Source of the DNA: Camelus dromedarius
Lineage: Eukaryota
Reading direction: 5' to 3'
Assembly (NCBI RefSeq): GCF_036321535.1
Contig: NC_087436.1
Span: 62,374,001 to 62,438,000, forward strand
DNA: 64,000 nucleotides
In this document: one piece after another, positions 38,832-51,334 of the stretch
Layout of the letters: each line of letters opens with the position of its first letter
Numbering within the stretch: position 1 is the first letter of the stretch
Program-made: the position numbers and the translations under genes
Notes under the pieces: generated by a model
Databases searched by the model: none
Told to the model about the DNA's origin: nothing
Seen by the model: only the letters and a program-made list of their open reading frames with translations

Positions 38832-41660
38832 GTGAGTTGTTTGTTTTGTTGTTAAAATCCCACATGTAGGTGTGATGATCCATACAGTAAAGGCGTATCT
38901 CGGAGATACTGCAGGTTGGGTTTTAAACCACCAGAAGACAAGCAAGTATCGCAATAAAGCCAGTCTCATGAATTGTTTGGTTTCCCAGAGCATATGAAAG
39001 TTTTGTTTACACTGTATTAGAGCCTATTAAGTGTGCCATAGTGTTACATCTAAAAAAGCAATGTACATACCTTAATTAAAAATAACTTATTGCCAAAAAT
39101 TTCTGAACATTATTGCTGACAGACACTTGATGCAAGATTGTCCCAGACCTTTAATTTGTAATATATATAATGTATGCTAAGTGCAGTAAAACGAGATATG
39201 CCTATATTTCTTTTACCCTGACTTATGTAGCCATGTTCCCACAAATAATTGAGTAATATAACATTGTATGCATACATATACCACATATTCTTTCCCATTC
39301 ACCTGTCCATGGACACAGGTGATTTCCCTGGCTTGGCTACTGCAAGGAACATGAGGGTGGAGATGCCTCTTTGACATAGTGATTTCAGTTCCTTCAACTA
39401 TATACTGAGAAGTGCAATTGCTTGCTCATATAGTGGTTCTAAATTTTTGAGGAACCTCCATATGTTTTCCATAGTGGCTGCAACAATTTACATTCCTACC
39501 AACAATGCACAAAGTTCCCTTTTCTCCACATCCTCTCTAATACTTATTATCGTCTGTTTTGTTTGTTTGTTTTTTTTAAGAGTAGCCATTCTAACAGGTG
39601 TGAGGTGATACCTCATTGTGGTTTTGATTGACATTTTCCCGATGATTAGTGATGCTGAACACCTTTTCATGTACATGTTAGCCATTTGAATTATCTTCAT
39701 TGGAAAAACGTCTATTCAAGTCCTTTACCCAATTTTAAATTGGCCTTTTGTTGTTGTGGTTGTTGCTATTGAGCTGTATGAGTTCTTTATATATTTTGGA
39801 TATTAACCTCTTACCACATATGGTTTGCAAATATTCTGCTGTTTCATAGGTTACCTTTTCATTTTGTTGATTGTTTCTTTTGCTGTGTAGAAGTTTTTAG
39901 TTTGATGTAGTCCCACTTTTAAATTTTTTAATAAAATTTTGTTTCTTGTGCTTTATGATTATGTACAAAAAGTAAATTGCCAAGGTCCTATGTCAAGGGT
40001 CTTTTCACCTGTATTTTCTTCTAGGGAATTTTATGGTTTCAGGTCTTTATTTAAGTCTTTAATCCATTTGAGTTAAATTTTGTGAGTGGTGTAAGATAAA
40101 GGTATAGTTTTATTCTTTTGCATGTGAATATCCAATTTTCCCCACACCATTTATTTTAGAGACTGTCTCTTCTCCATTGGGTATTCTTGGCTCCCTTGTC
40201 AAATATTATTTGACTGTATAAGCATGGGTTTATTTCTGAGCTCTTGATTGTGTTCCATTGGTTTCTGTGTCTGTTTTTATGCCAATACCATAGTGTTTTG
40301 ATTATTTTAGCTTTACAATGTAGCTTGAAATTAGAAAGTGTAGTACTTCTTGCTTGGTTCTTCTCTCTGAAGATTGCTTTGGCTATTCAGGGTCTTTTGT
40401 GATTCCATATAAAATTTAGGATTTTTTTCTACTTCTGTAAAAAAAAATAAAAAGCCATTAGGATCTTGATAGTGATTATACTGAATCTATAGGTGGTTGT
40501 GGATATTTTAACAATATTTATTCTTCCAATCATGAATTCATGTTCTTTCCTTTTCATTTGTGTCATCAATTTCTTTCCTCAATGTCTTGTAGTTTTCAAG
40601 GTAGAGATCTTTCACCTCCTTGGTTAAATTTATCCCTAAATATTTTATTGTTTTTGATGCAGTTGTCAGTAGGATCATTTTCTTCCTTTCTTTTTCAGAT
40701 AATTTGGCCTTAATGTATAGAAACACAAGTGGTTTTTGTATGTTTATTTTGTGTACAGCAACTTTACTGAATATTATGATTAAATCTAACAGATCTTTCA
40801 TGGAGTCTGTAGGGTTTTCCATATATAAAATCATGCCATCTACAAATAAAGACAATTTTGCTTCTTCCTTTGGAGTTCTGATGCCTTGTTCTGTTGTTGT
40901 TTTTTTTTTTTTTTTTTTTTTCCTTGCCTGATAGCTCTGACTAGAACTTCCAGTGATATGTTGAAAAGGAGTGGTGAGAGTGGGTACATTTGTCTTTTTC
41001 TTGATCTTAATGGAAAAGCTTTCAGCCTCTCACCATTGAGTATGATGTTAACTGTGGTCTTGTCATATATGGCCTCTATTATGTTGAAGTGAATTTCTTC
41101 TATAACTAACTTGTAAAAGTTTTTAAAATCATGAATGGATGTTGAATTTTGTCAGATGCTTTTTCTGCATCTATTTAGATGATCATATGATTTTTATCTT
41201 TCTTTCATTCTGTTAAAATCATGTACCACATTTATTGATTTGTAAATGCTGAACCATTCTTGCATCCAAAAGATGAATCCTATTTCATCATGGTACATGA
41301 TCCTTTTAGTGTGCTGCTGAATTTGGTTTGCTAGTATCTTTTATTGAGAATTTTTCCATGTATATTAATTAGGAATATTGGCCTGTGGCTTTCTTTTCTC
41401 ATAGTGTCCTTACCTGGCTTTGATATCAAAGTAATGGTGGCTTTGTAAAATGAGTTTGGGAGTGCTCCCTTCTCTTTGATTTTTTAAAATGAGTTTGAGA
41501 AGGATTGATGTTAATTCTTCTTTAAATTTTTGGTAAAATTTAGCAATGAATCCGTCTAGTTCTTTTTTTTTTCTTTTTTGGGAGATTTTTGATTACTGAT
41601 TCAATCTACTTACTAGTAATTGGTTTGTTCAGAATTTTCTAATTCTTCCTGATTCAGTGT
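38832..41660 (-). mobile_element. L1MA-type element (3' UTR through the RT region), split by the Tigger MITE
   Basis: ORF 40538-40855(-) [31 protein letters not shown] is a degenerate L1 RT (FADD motif lost); ORF 39488-39700(-) has [15 protein letters not shown]. Confidence 0.93.
38890..39204 (-). mobile_element. Tigger1-derived internally deleted MITE
   Basis: Both Tigger1-like termini (aaggcgtatctcg... / ...cgagatatgccta) with TA on both sides (38888-38889, 39205-39206). Confidence 0.88.
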
Positions 41661-41667
41661 TTTAGGA

Positions 41668-41689
41668 AGACATGATTCAGCCCATAACA
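41668..41689 (-). mobile_element. Tiny MLT1 LTR terminus
   Basis: gacatgattcagcccataaca is the reverse complement of the TGTTATGGGCTGAAT MLT1 start. Confidence 0.45.
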
Positions 41690-41699
41690 ATACTCTTTA

Positions 41700-42195
41700 T
41701 TAATTTAATGAAGTTAATGAGACTATTTTCATGAATGAGTGTTGTGTTATATCAAATCTTTTTATGTACCTTTTGAAATAATTGTATGATGCTTCCTTAA
41801 TAGTCCATCAAAATACTTAATTACATGAATTGCTTTTCTAATGCTTAATCAAGCCTAATTTTATCATGATTTATTATCTGCTTGTAGTATTGCTGAATAT
41901 GACTTACTACGATTTTACTGAAGAATTCTGCTTCTATGTTCTTTAGGGATAATACCCTTCAGTGTTCCTTTCTTGTTTATCTTTATTTGATTTTGGTATA
42001 AGAGTATATAACACTGGCGTTATAAAATGAGATGTAAAATGTTCTCTCCTATTTTGTGTACAGTTGATATTATTTATTAACTTATGTTTGGTAGTTTATG
42101 CCAGTGCCTCAATCTTGTCTTAGGATTCTTGAGAAAAGTATTTCAACTATAAATCAATTTCCTTAATCCATAATGGAAACTTTAGGTTACCTATA
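41700..42195 (-). mobile_element. Old L1ME ORF2 remnant (probable continuation of 37190-38209)
   Basis: tcatgaatgagtgttg...tgcttctatgttc...gattttggtataagag...ataaaatgag. Confidence 0.6.
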
Positions 42196-42366
42196 TAGTT
42201 TTAAAAAGCGCAATAGTAGTTTTATTGTGTGCCAAAGATGGAAAAGTAAATGAGATGTTGTAGAGGAAAAGAAAGATCTACCCCTTCAGGCTTGAAGACA
42301 TTTTGAAAGGAGAAGATGAGAGTTGGGGAAGCGGTTGTTGGGATATTTTTGTCCTTTTCTCTCCAG

Positions 42367-42500
42367 GCCAAATTCTCCCGTATCACAGAATACTAAAAGC
42401 AAGACAGAAAACTGAGATAATTTTGCCTCACTTTTTGTTGAGGTTATGCAAGGGGTTCTCCTCAAAGTTGCCTTTGAAATAGTATAGTGATGCCCAATAG
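42367..42500 (+). other. Candidate non-coding internal exon (134 nt)
   Basis: Acceptor tttttgtccttttctctccag|G and donor TAG|GTAAGC; stop codons in all three frames. Confidence 0.35.
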
Positions 42501-43574
42501 GTAAGCAGAAATAGAGAGTCCATATTAGTTTTTACAAGTGGTCTCCTACTAAAGCGATTATTTTTTTGGCATGAAGGCATATCCAGTCACTTGCTCTCTT
42601 TTTTAATCAGTACACTAAAAACCCCAAGTTCACATTTCTCCAAGAAAATATTAGAAAATCTCTCTTATCATGGACAGTGCTTAATTAATTTTTGATGTTA
42701 CTAACCAAGGTCCCATAAAAGCAAACAGTTAATTCATTTAATCAAAAGGTCTTTTATTATTATTTCAATGTGGTAATTATACTTTATTTGCCTTTAGTGA
42801 GGCGTATATATGTAACTGGGTAGAGTGAAGTAAATTTCAATGTTATGGGCCAATGAGAAATATCGGTTAATTTTTTTCCCCACAGAACCTAATACTGGCT
42901 CAGTATATTTAAGTCACAGTTTTTGTAAACTTTTACAGCAGAATAATATGTTCTCATAATATTTTTTTAGGTAAAGCGTAAAATTTTAATTTTGGAAATC
43001 AGTATTTTAATCTTAAAGAAGGTTGAATTATTATAATCAATAACTGTACTTCAAAAAGCTAAATTTAAGGAACTCTATGTGTACATATTTGACATAATAT
43101 AAAAGAAACTATTACCTTTATATCTGTATGTCCTGTTTAACCACTAGAATGTGATAATGCTATAAAAATATACAAGCAGCCCAGTTCTAGGATCATACAA
43201 GCAAATCGTTCTTTGACGCTTAAGAAAATCATTACTTTGTTTGCTTTTGGTCTTCCATTTTTAAGTAGTAACTTTCAAAATAGTTTTAACACTAACCAAA
43301 ATTCTCTGTGTAAACTAGTATAGAGTTGATCCTAGATTCTGTAAGTGACAATCTTAGGAAGCACTATAGCAAATATACAACATGCAGACTACCTTTATGA
43401 ATGATACTTATGCTTATGTGTATCCTCTACCTGATTCACAACACACATTTTTACTTGTTCCATTTTTGGGGACATATTTTGATAATCTTTTATCAAGTAA
43501 TTGCTGATAATTGATGATAATCAAATTCCAGTGAGGATTCCAGTCTTTAAAAAAAGAACACACAGAAAATTGAT

Positions 43575-43815
43575 AAGGCTACTGCTTTCCCCAAGTTACC
43601 AGCATCCCCAGCTGAACTGTTTATACAATGGTTCCCAACTGGTTTTCCTATTTGCCCACTCACCCCAATTGTCTGTTCTCCAAACATCAGCCAGAGGGCT
43701 TTTGCAAGTTATGCCATTTTTCTTTTCAAATTTCTCTGATGACTTCCTGTATTACTCAGGACAAAGCCAAAGTCCTTAACATTGTACACATGACCCTCCT
43801 CTTGGATCTGAATCA
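43575..43815 (+). mobile_element. L2 fragment
   Basis: ccaactggttttcct...cagccagagg...caggacaaagccaaagtccttaaca. Confidence 0.7.
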
Positions 43816-45556
43816 TCTTTTACTCAATTCTGTAATTAAATTAGATCATAACAAAAAGATTGCTGTGACTCTTCTAAGTAAAAGAGCAAACCCCAACCCA
43901 CAGAAAACTCACTATCGTTTTACCTGGCCCTATATTTTTTTCATTAGAATTGCTCCTACCTGACACATACCATGATATAGGTATATATGCCATATACATA
44001 TAAATTAAGTACATATACATATATACATGCATACATACACATGTACACACATCTGTCACATTTATATAATATACATATACCTAATGCAGCTGTATGTTTC
44101 ACACCCCAAGAATACCTATACCTTTACATGTCATATAATTAACATCTGTATTTCACCACAGGATATGTGTGTTTTCACACATGCCTGTGTGCCATTTGTT
44201 TTCTCTCAGTCTTTTGTCATAAAAATGTAATTATCATGGAAAAATACATTTGGTTTTTTTGCAACACTGCATTTCTTTTTCTAAGAGAAGGCCTGACACA
44301 TGCATAAAAACTAATGAGCGTTTATTTACTAATACCACTTATTAATATTAATATATTATAAACATTAATTAACATTAATTAATATATTATAAACATTAAA
44401 TGTTAACATAATAAATCATTAAATGAATTAATGCATTTTCTCTAGCCATTTTTTCTACTTTAATAAGGAAGATTTTATGGTTAATGTCTACATGTAAGAT
44501 GAAAGATGTTGTAAACCTACATGCTTATTTGTATATGTACGTTATCTATACAGTGATTTGTTCAATTTGTTGTTCTACCTATCTGACTGTATTATGACCT
44601 ATTTATATGCTTAAGTTACTCAAAAGCTCTAAGTTAGGTGTCTACCTTAAGTGATTTTTCTCTGCAGTTGCTGCCATTCCTCTAAGTTCTCTGTCCAGTG
44701 CTGTGCAACTGCAAAACTTCCTAAGCAGGAAGGAAGCTGAAGAAACTGCCCACAATAGCATTCTAATTTTAGCTAATTCTGACAAAATCTATTTCAGATA
44801 TCAGGGGTGACAAAAGGAGAGATTAACAAAAATCTATATAGATGATTTCACACACTTCAATGGAATCTAATTTTTATGTGACTCTGTGATTAATTCCTCT
44901 AAGCTAGTTTTGACAGGATTAGATCTGACTGAGAATCTCTCTTAATATGATTATGTGATTATCTTGAGATTCTTTTTTTATTTCTCTTTTTCCTACATCT
45001 TATCAATTGGGAAAGGAAACCCTATAACTGTATATGTTGTTATTTAGAATTTCCTAAGTCTGAGAACACCAGCCTTTAAGAAGTAAGAATTTTAGGACAA
45101 ACTCATGAAGATAAATATGAATCCTCACATCTGCTCTGTCAACCAAGTATACATGCTTCGTAGTTTGTACATCCCTCAATTCATACTGAGTGATTGTTTT
45201 CAAAATATTATGACTGATATTTCTATGGTCTAAAGAAAGTACTTGACTTCGACAAACCAGAACCAGGTGTTCAGAATGGCAGGATGGTTGACTAGCACAT
45301 CTGAAAGCAGCAGTTCCAGGCAATGTTTGCCGAGGCCTTGGCATGCATCGTGCTTTCTTAGAAAGCTAAGAAATTTGATAACTTTAGGAGAATATTCTAG
45401 AGATTATTTCTCATTTATATGGGTTTTAAAAACCAGTTCAGAATACATTTACAACAAGAGTTCTCTCTAAAAGTAGAATTCTCATGACATCAGACTTAAC
45501 TTAAGCTAATTATAATTTTATTTATAATTTTACATTTAATTTGTAATTTAAACTCT

Positions 45557-45745
45557 AACTACTATGTATAAAATAGATAAACAAGGTTATACTGTATAAC
45601 ACAGGGAACTATGTTCAATATCTTGTAATAACTTATAATGAAAAAGAATATGAAAATGAATATATTTATATATGTATGACTAAACTATTATGCTGTACAC
45701 CAGACATTGTCACAATATTGTAAACTGATTATACTTCAATTAAAA
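45557..45745 (+). mobile_element. Young L1 3' end
   Basis: tataaaatagataaacaag...cacagggaactatgttcaatatcttg...tgtaaactgattatacttcaattaaaa. Confidence 0.9.
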
Positions 45746-47129
45746 CAATCATCAATGTCTATAAAAATAAGAAATATCTGAATATTATAGAATGAGGTGA
45801 AATATCTGAATTTTCCAGAGCCTGACTCTTTTACATCTAGGCAAAGAACTGTGGCTCTGGGTGAAATATTTCTCATAAGAAATACATTATTTTTGTTTAC
45901 TTATTTTTAAAAAATTCTTTCAAGTGGGTATTTGTTTTGGGTAGATGGCAACTGAAACTAAGCTACTTTTGTTAATCAAGTACATTCATCAGCAGCCCTC
46001 ACCTAGAACTTCTTTGATAAACAGCTTCACCCTTGGAGAATCTGTTCCTTCTTGAGTTGAAAATTAGAGAGAATGTTGAACAAGTAAAGAACAGTGAGGC
46101 AGTGGGTAAATAAGTATATTCATTTTTTAGGAATAGAAACATTGTTTTTATTAGGCATCAAGTAAAACCAGAGTGTACCAAAAAGTTCAAGTAAGTTATG
46201 TCTCAGAATATTTAAACAAGTTTTTCTTTATCTTAATTGTATGGCAAACATGTAAGTAACAATATAGCAGCAAGCATTAATATTTTCTAGAGTTACTTAT
46301 TGTCATTCAGTAAGACTGAGAAGTTGGATGCAGTAACTGATAATGAGATAATGAGACTTGCCTAAACAGAGAATTTATTGACATAGTTGCAGAGATTGGG
46401 GAGTATTTCAAGGAGAAAAAAGGACAAAATAATCCTGGTCAAAGTAGAACTATAGGAAAATCTGTAGGGAACAGATGGGTAAATTACATGATAGAATAAT
46501 ACAAGAAAGGCAGTAAATATATAATTGTTACATTTATGAATAATCTTTCCCTCTTGTTGATAGTAGTTTTAATATTTGTAATTTTTTTAAAATTAGAGCT
46601 TCTTTAGGGAAAAATGTTTACATTACTGTAAACATTTGATAAATTACTCAAAATTTTGAGTGGTAGATTTTTCTAGACTTTAAGCCTCCAAACACTGAGT
46701 ACCTGTGTGTTATACCAAAGTATTCTTATGTGATCCAGCACATGTGAAGAACAAATGAATAAATGAATGGATATATGAGGCAATGGTACTTCCACATGGT
46801 TGCTTTCAATGGTTACTTGGTAGATATTTAAAATTTCTGGAGAGGGAGTAAAGGCCAGTAAACTGTCAGAATGCTGTATTATTCTCTGATCTGTTAAATT
46901 AGTTACATCAAATTGAAGAAGATCTTTGGCTTAGAGAATAAAAATTGTATTTTGCAGGTATTATTCAGGTGGCATTTATTGTTATGCTTTACTCTGTCTT
47001 ATTTAGACATTTAAAATATAAGTAATAATTATCTGTATTATGGCAATTATGACAGTAAATAACAGAAAATTTTATATATGTAAAGAAAAAATGGTTTTCG
47101 AACCACCTATGAAGAGAAATATGCTGCCC

Positions 47130-47243
47130 AGTTCCTCCACATGCTGCAAATTCAACCAACCAGTACTGTGGTATTGACTGTTGAAAATATCTGAATGTAA
47201 GTGAACCCAAGCAGTTCAAACCCCGTTGTTCAAGGATCAGTGT
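47130..47243 (-). mobile_element. Tigger2-family (Tigger2a/MER8-type) terminus
   Basis: ttcaaccaacc...gtaagtgaacccaagcagttcaaaccccgttgttcaaggatcag matches the recalled Tigger2 terminal sequence. Confidence 0.8.
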
Positions 47244-49084
47244 CTACTATAATTTGTGCTATAAATGTGTATTTTGTCAACGTACAGACTGTCGCTATTA
47301 AGATCTGGAATAAACTGGGCATAGTCATGGCCTTTAGAAAGGCAGGGTCCTGAGTGGGCATAGAAAAGGGTCAGCAGCGAGACTTTCTTAGTGTTAATCC
47401 CTTTGGACTTCTGCGTTTTAGACCATTTTGCTTTTGCCTTTTACAAAAGAAGGTGTTAAAAATATTTAGATATTTGTCTAAGTAATTAATGAATTGAAGA
47501 GTTCATGTTATCAGTTTTATTTACTGATACAATCAAATAATTGGAAGCTAATATAAAACTTTTAAGAAGTAAAAAACAGTGAAAGGATGTGTTTATAAAT
47601 TGATGTTTACATAATCAAGTACAAATTAGAAATAATCTCTTTATGCAGCTGGTTTCTCAGGACAGAACTACAAAAGGACGACATAATTTACTGGTTGTTA
47701 CCAGTTTCTGATGGTCAGAAAACAAAGAGCCACTTTTTAAAGAGCTTACAAAAGGACAGTTATTTTATAATGTAGTACTTTGTTTTGGCGCTGTCCTGAT
47801 AGAACCATCACAGCAGCTTGGTATGGAGATCATTTTTATGAATTCATAGGCAATTCACTTAAGGAAGATGAACAGAGAGAGAAATGTTTGGCTATTTCAT
47901 TTTTAGAATTTAATTTTCTTGGAAAAAATCTGTTTCTGTATCAAATATTAATAGATATTTTAGACATTTTATAAATGGAAGTATATGTTAGAACAGAGCT
48001 GAGGGACTGTGAGGAATTTTTGCTTTCTTAATATTTTTCTTAAATTTATACAATTTGTAAAATAAAATAAATACACATTTGATATATTTATTTTAGCCGA
48101 TAAAATCAATGAAGATTGTTTACTGAAAGAGCTGGCTATCTCATAACAATGCCATTTATATTTCACTAGCTCTACTTATAAAATATTTTACTTCATAAAA
48201 TAGTAGTTTTGCCCCAACACTTTTCAAACTAAATTAGCAAAATAATTCATATATCACGTGTATCTTGGAATATAACAACTGTATTTTCCCCTATGTCATT
48301 GTTTTCTATTTTTTACAATCATTTTTAAGTGATATTTGTTGTATTTGCTGCTTTATTTTATTACAAAGAATATAAATATATTGCATACAGTTTTGAAAAT
48401 GTTCAGTTGATGTTACAAAAGTCAGTGAAAAAATCAACTATGTTTTGGTTGAGATTTTTGAAGTGTTGTATCTATTGAGTACATTCATATAGGTGTGTAA
48501 GTTAAGTCTTGCTGAACTATTGTAGCTCTTTTGGCAGACTAGGGCTTCATGATCAACTCTGACATAAATAAATGATGTGGAAGAGTTATTAATATTTCTG
48601 CAAATCACTGGGCTCATGCCTAGCCAGTGGCTCACAAATGTGGCAATATCTGTTTCAGCACCTGGCATTTTTCATTTTTTATAATCAAATATTAAAACAG
48701 TTAAACTTACAAGAAATTGCTAAATTAAGAAAATCATATCTTTTCTTCAAAGATATTTTTTCTAAATAAGATTTTATTTTTAGGAAATTAATCAGTGTAT
48801 TAAATTTTATACACCACATTCACTATAGATTAAAGTTCTAAGTCAGATAGTTTTATCATAAATAGAATCTTTATCAGAATAAAATACAATCTAGTTATAT
48901 TCTATCTTGATGCTATTGTATTATTCCAAAATTTTTCTTTAGAAATTGATCTACCCCCATTCAGCAACTCTCACTTTAAGATAGACACCAAGTTATGACT
49001 ATTTGATTATTTTTATTAACTTTATGTGTCCCTTTCTAGTTCCTGCTTACTTTCTGATAAATAGATTAAGACAATTATCCTTAA

Positions 49085-49430
49085 TCTTAAATCTTGAGCT
49101 CTCTCTCATACATCTCCAGATAATATTGGCATTGCATTCTTCATGGTGCAATAGCTTTCTGTTTGCTAAATTTACACTCAACATTTCCTACCTTTTTTCC
49201 TCTTTATTTATTTATTATTAATATATGTAATGCATACCATCATTCTCCAAGACATCAAAGGCCAAATACTCCTAGCTTCATTTCTTTCAGGGTTATCGGC
49301 CTCTCTGCAAGCCACCAGATTTTGCTAAGCCTTTCCTCACACTCTCTCTCTAATATGTCTTTATTTCCCAGTATTAACGATTAGTTCAGGCCCTTACCAT
49401 TCTTTGATTGTGCTATGGCAATAGATGTAT
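49085..49430 (+). mobile_element. L2 fragment
   Basis: caccatcattctcc...ttagttcaggcccttaccatt. Confidence 0.55.
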
Positions 49431-50544
49431 AATCTCGCTTCCAGACTCCAAAGAGAAATATATAACTATTGTTCATTTCTGAATATTGTAGCTTAGAAAA
49501 TGTAAAATAAGACAATAAAAAAAAATGGTCTCAGGAGAATATACCTTCTAGCAGGTTATTTTTCTGTTCATTTTAAAATGTGGAAGTCTCATTATAGAAT
49601 TTGATTCTCATATTTCTAGTAACATATAAAAAGAATTGAAACATAATTTTGATGGATGGTATCAGCTGGAGTCTAGAACTCTGACCTGTTGCCCAAACAA
49701 TTCTAATTACTTGTATGGGAGGTATTGACCTAGTCCTACAAACTCAATTTTAATTCAAAGGAAGATCTGATGACAAATACAGTAGAAGCTCTGCAACATT
49801 TTCAATTACACATGTGGCTTAGCTTTTTAAATAGAAGTTCCTATATCCATTTCTCAAAAGTCAATGGCAAAATCTATACTAAATTTGAAGTGTAGCCCAC
49901 ACACAAAATGCACATTTACACATACACATGCCTTAAGAATTGAGAAACTGTTTCTTCTAGACCATCTCAGCTGAAAGTAAAAACACTTGAACTGATCAGC
50001 CAAAACTGTTTGTTTTCCTTGATAAGAACAAAGAAAGCAAATAATACGTTTGCATACAGTAAGTCTCTTACCTTACTTTATAGTCTCTTAACTCTTAAAC
50101 TACTATTATTTCAAATATTTAAATTACATATTGTATGGATCAGAGTATGGTAGTTGTTTGATGTTGATGTTGATGTTGATGAGAGTCCCTGATAAGAAGC
50201 AGCTAATTCTGTAATAATGTACAAATTTGGTTGCTTTCTTCTTAAGCACATAGAACTTTATATTTTTCTTCAAAAATAACATTTAAAGAATGGTCAGTAA
50301 CACCTATTTCCTCATTAATTTGTAAGCTTCAAGGCAACTTGGGCTGTATCTGCTTTGCTTATTCTTTATCTTGTTGGCTGTCAAGGTTTTATATATATTT
50401 CTTGAATGAATGGATGATGCAAGTCTGCAATTCAGGGCTGAATAAGGTAAGTATTCTAAAGAGATACAGTTATTCAGAGCGCTGGTGTTTAAAGTCTAGT
50501 TGACAAGATGAGGAAAATAGTACTTGAGAATGGATTAAAAAATG

Positions 50545-50692
50545 GATAACACAGGAAACTATATTCAGTACCTTGTAATAGCCTATAAGGAAAAATAATA
50601 TGAAAAGAATGTGTGTGTGTGTAATTGAATCAGTATACTGTACATCAGAAGTTAACAACATTGTAAACCAACTATATTTCGATTTTAAAAAG
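50545..50692 (+). mobile_element. Artiodactyl-type L1 3' end
   Basis: cacaggaaactatattcagtaccttgtaatagcctataa...aacaacattgtaaaccaactatatttc. Confidence 0.85.
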
Positions 50693-50959
50693 TGAGTGAG
50701 GATGAGATCTACTGGCATGGGTAGAGAGACTCAAGGAGGAAGACATGTAGGAAGAAAGGGCATGCAATTGAATAATCATAATCTGGTGCCCAGGTACTAT
50801 TTCGTTTATGGATACGTATGTCAGTTGTATGCGGTTTTCAATATTTGGATGAGGAGGGAATAAGTGACTTCTGAGCTTCCCTAAGCTTTTTCTTGTCTGG
50901 AGACTAATTTAATATATTCCTTGTGTGTGTGTGTGTGTGGAGCACCAGGGGAGAGCACG

Positions 50960-51135
50960 CTGCATGAGAGTGCTTTTCTGGAAGTTGATATCAGGAGCAG
51001 AAATGAGTGAGTGGGGAGAGTGAGTCAGACAGGGGAGGGAAAGCTATAAAAAGTGTGTTAATAAGCTGTTTATTCTGTAGGCATCTGGGGCACAATTCTG
51101 CTGGGGACTGAGTAGAATATACTTCAGGATTGTCA
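50960..51135 (-). mobile_element. ERVL LTR fragment (LTR33/LTR16-like)
   Basis: gagtggggagagtgagtcagacaggggagggaaagctataaaagtgtgtta...ctgtaggcatctggggcacaattc. Confidence 0.55.
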
Positions 51136-51334
51136 AGGCTTTATTTCCACTTGCTTCCCTCTACTCCCTTTTAAAAAAAATTCCGTGAAGGCCATTCTGA
51201 CTTTGATCATTTTCTTTTCAGTTTTCTTTCCTTTAGTTTTTTTTCATTTTATATCATCTAAGTTACTAACTTAACTCAACATTCGCTTCTCTGTTACTTG
51301 ATGGTCTCTTTTAATAAATAGAAGGCCTCAATTT

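Noticed and set aside
38578..38883. Several overlapping ORFs across the CpG patch
   Set aside because: Expected from stop-codon scarcity in GC-rich DNA; no recognisable protein, and one starts inside L1 sequence
40538..40855. RT-like ORF
   Set aside because: Degenerate L1 reverse transcriptase (FADD changed to FVDG) in a broken element
50444..50452. Consensus donor AAG|GTAAGT
   Set aside because: No convincing upstream acceptor; isolated matches are expected by chance in 64 kb
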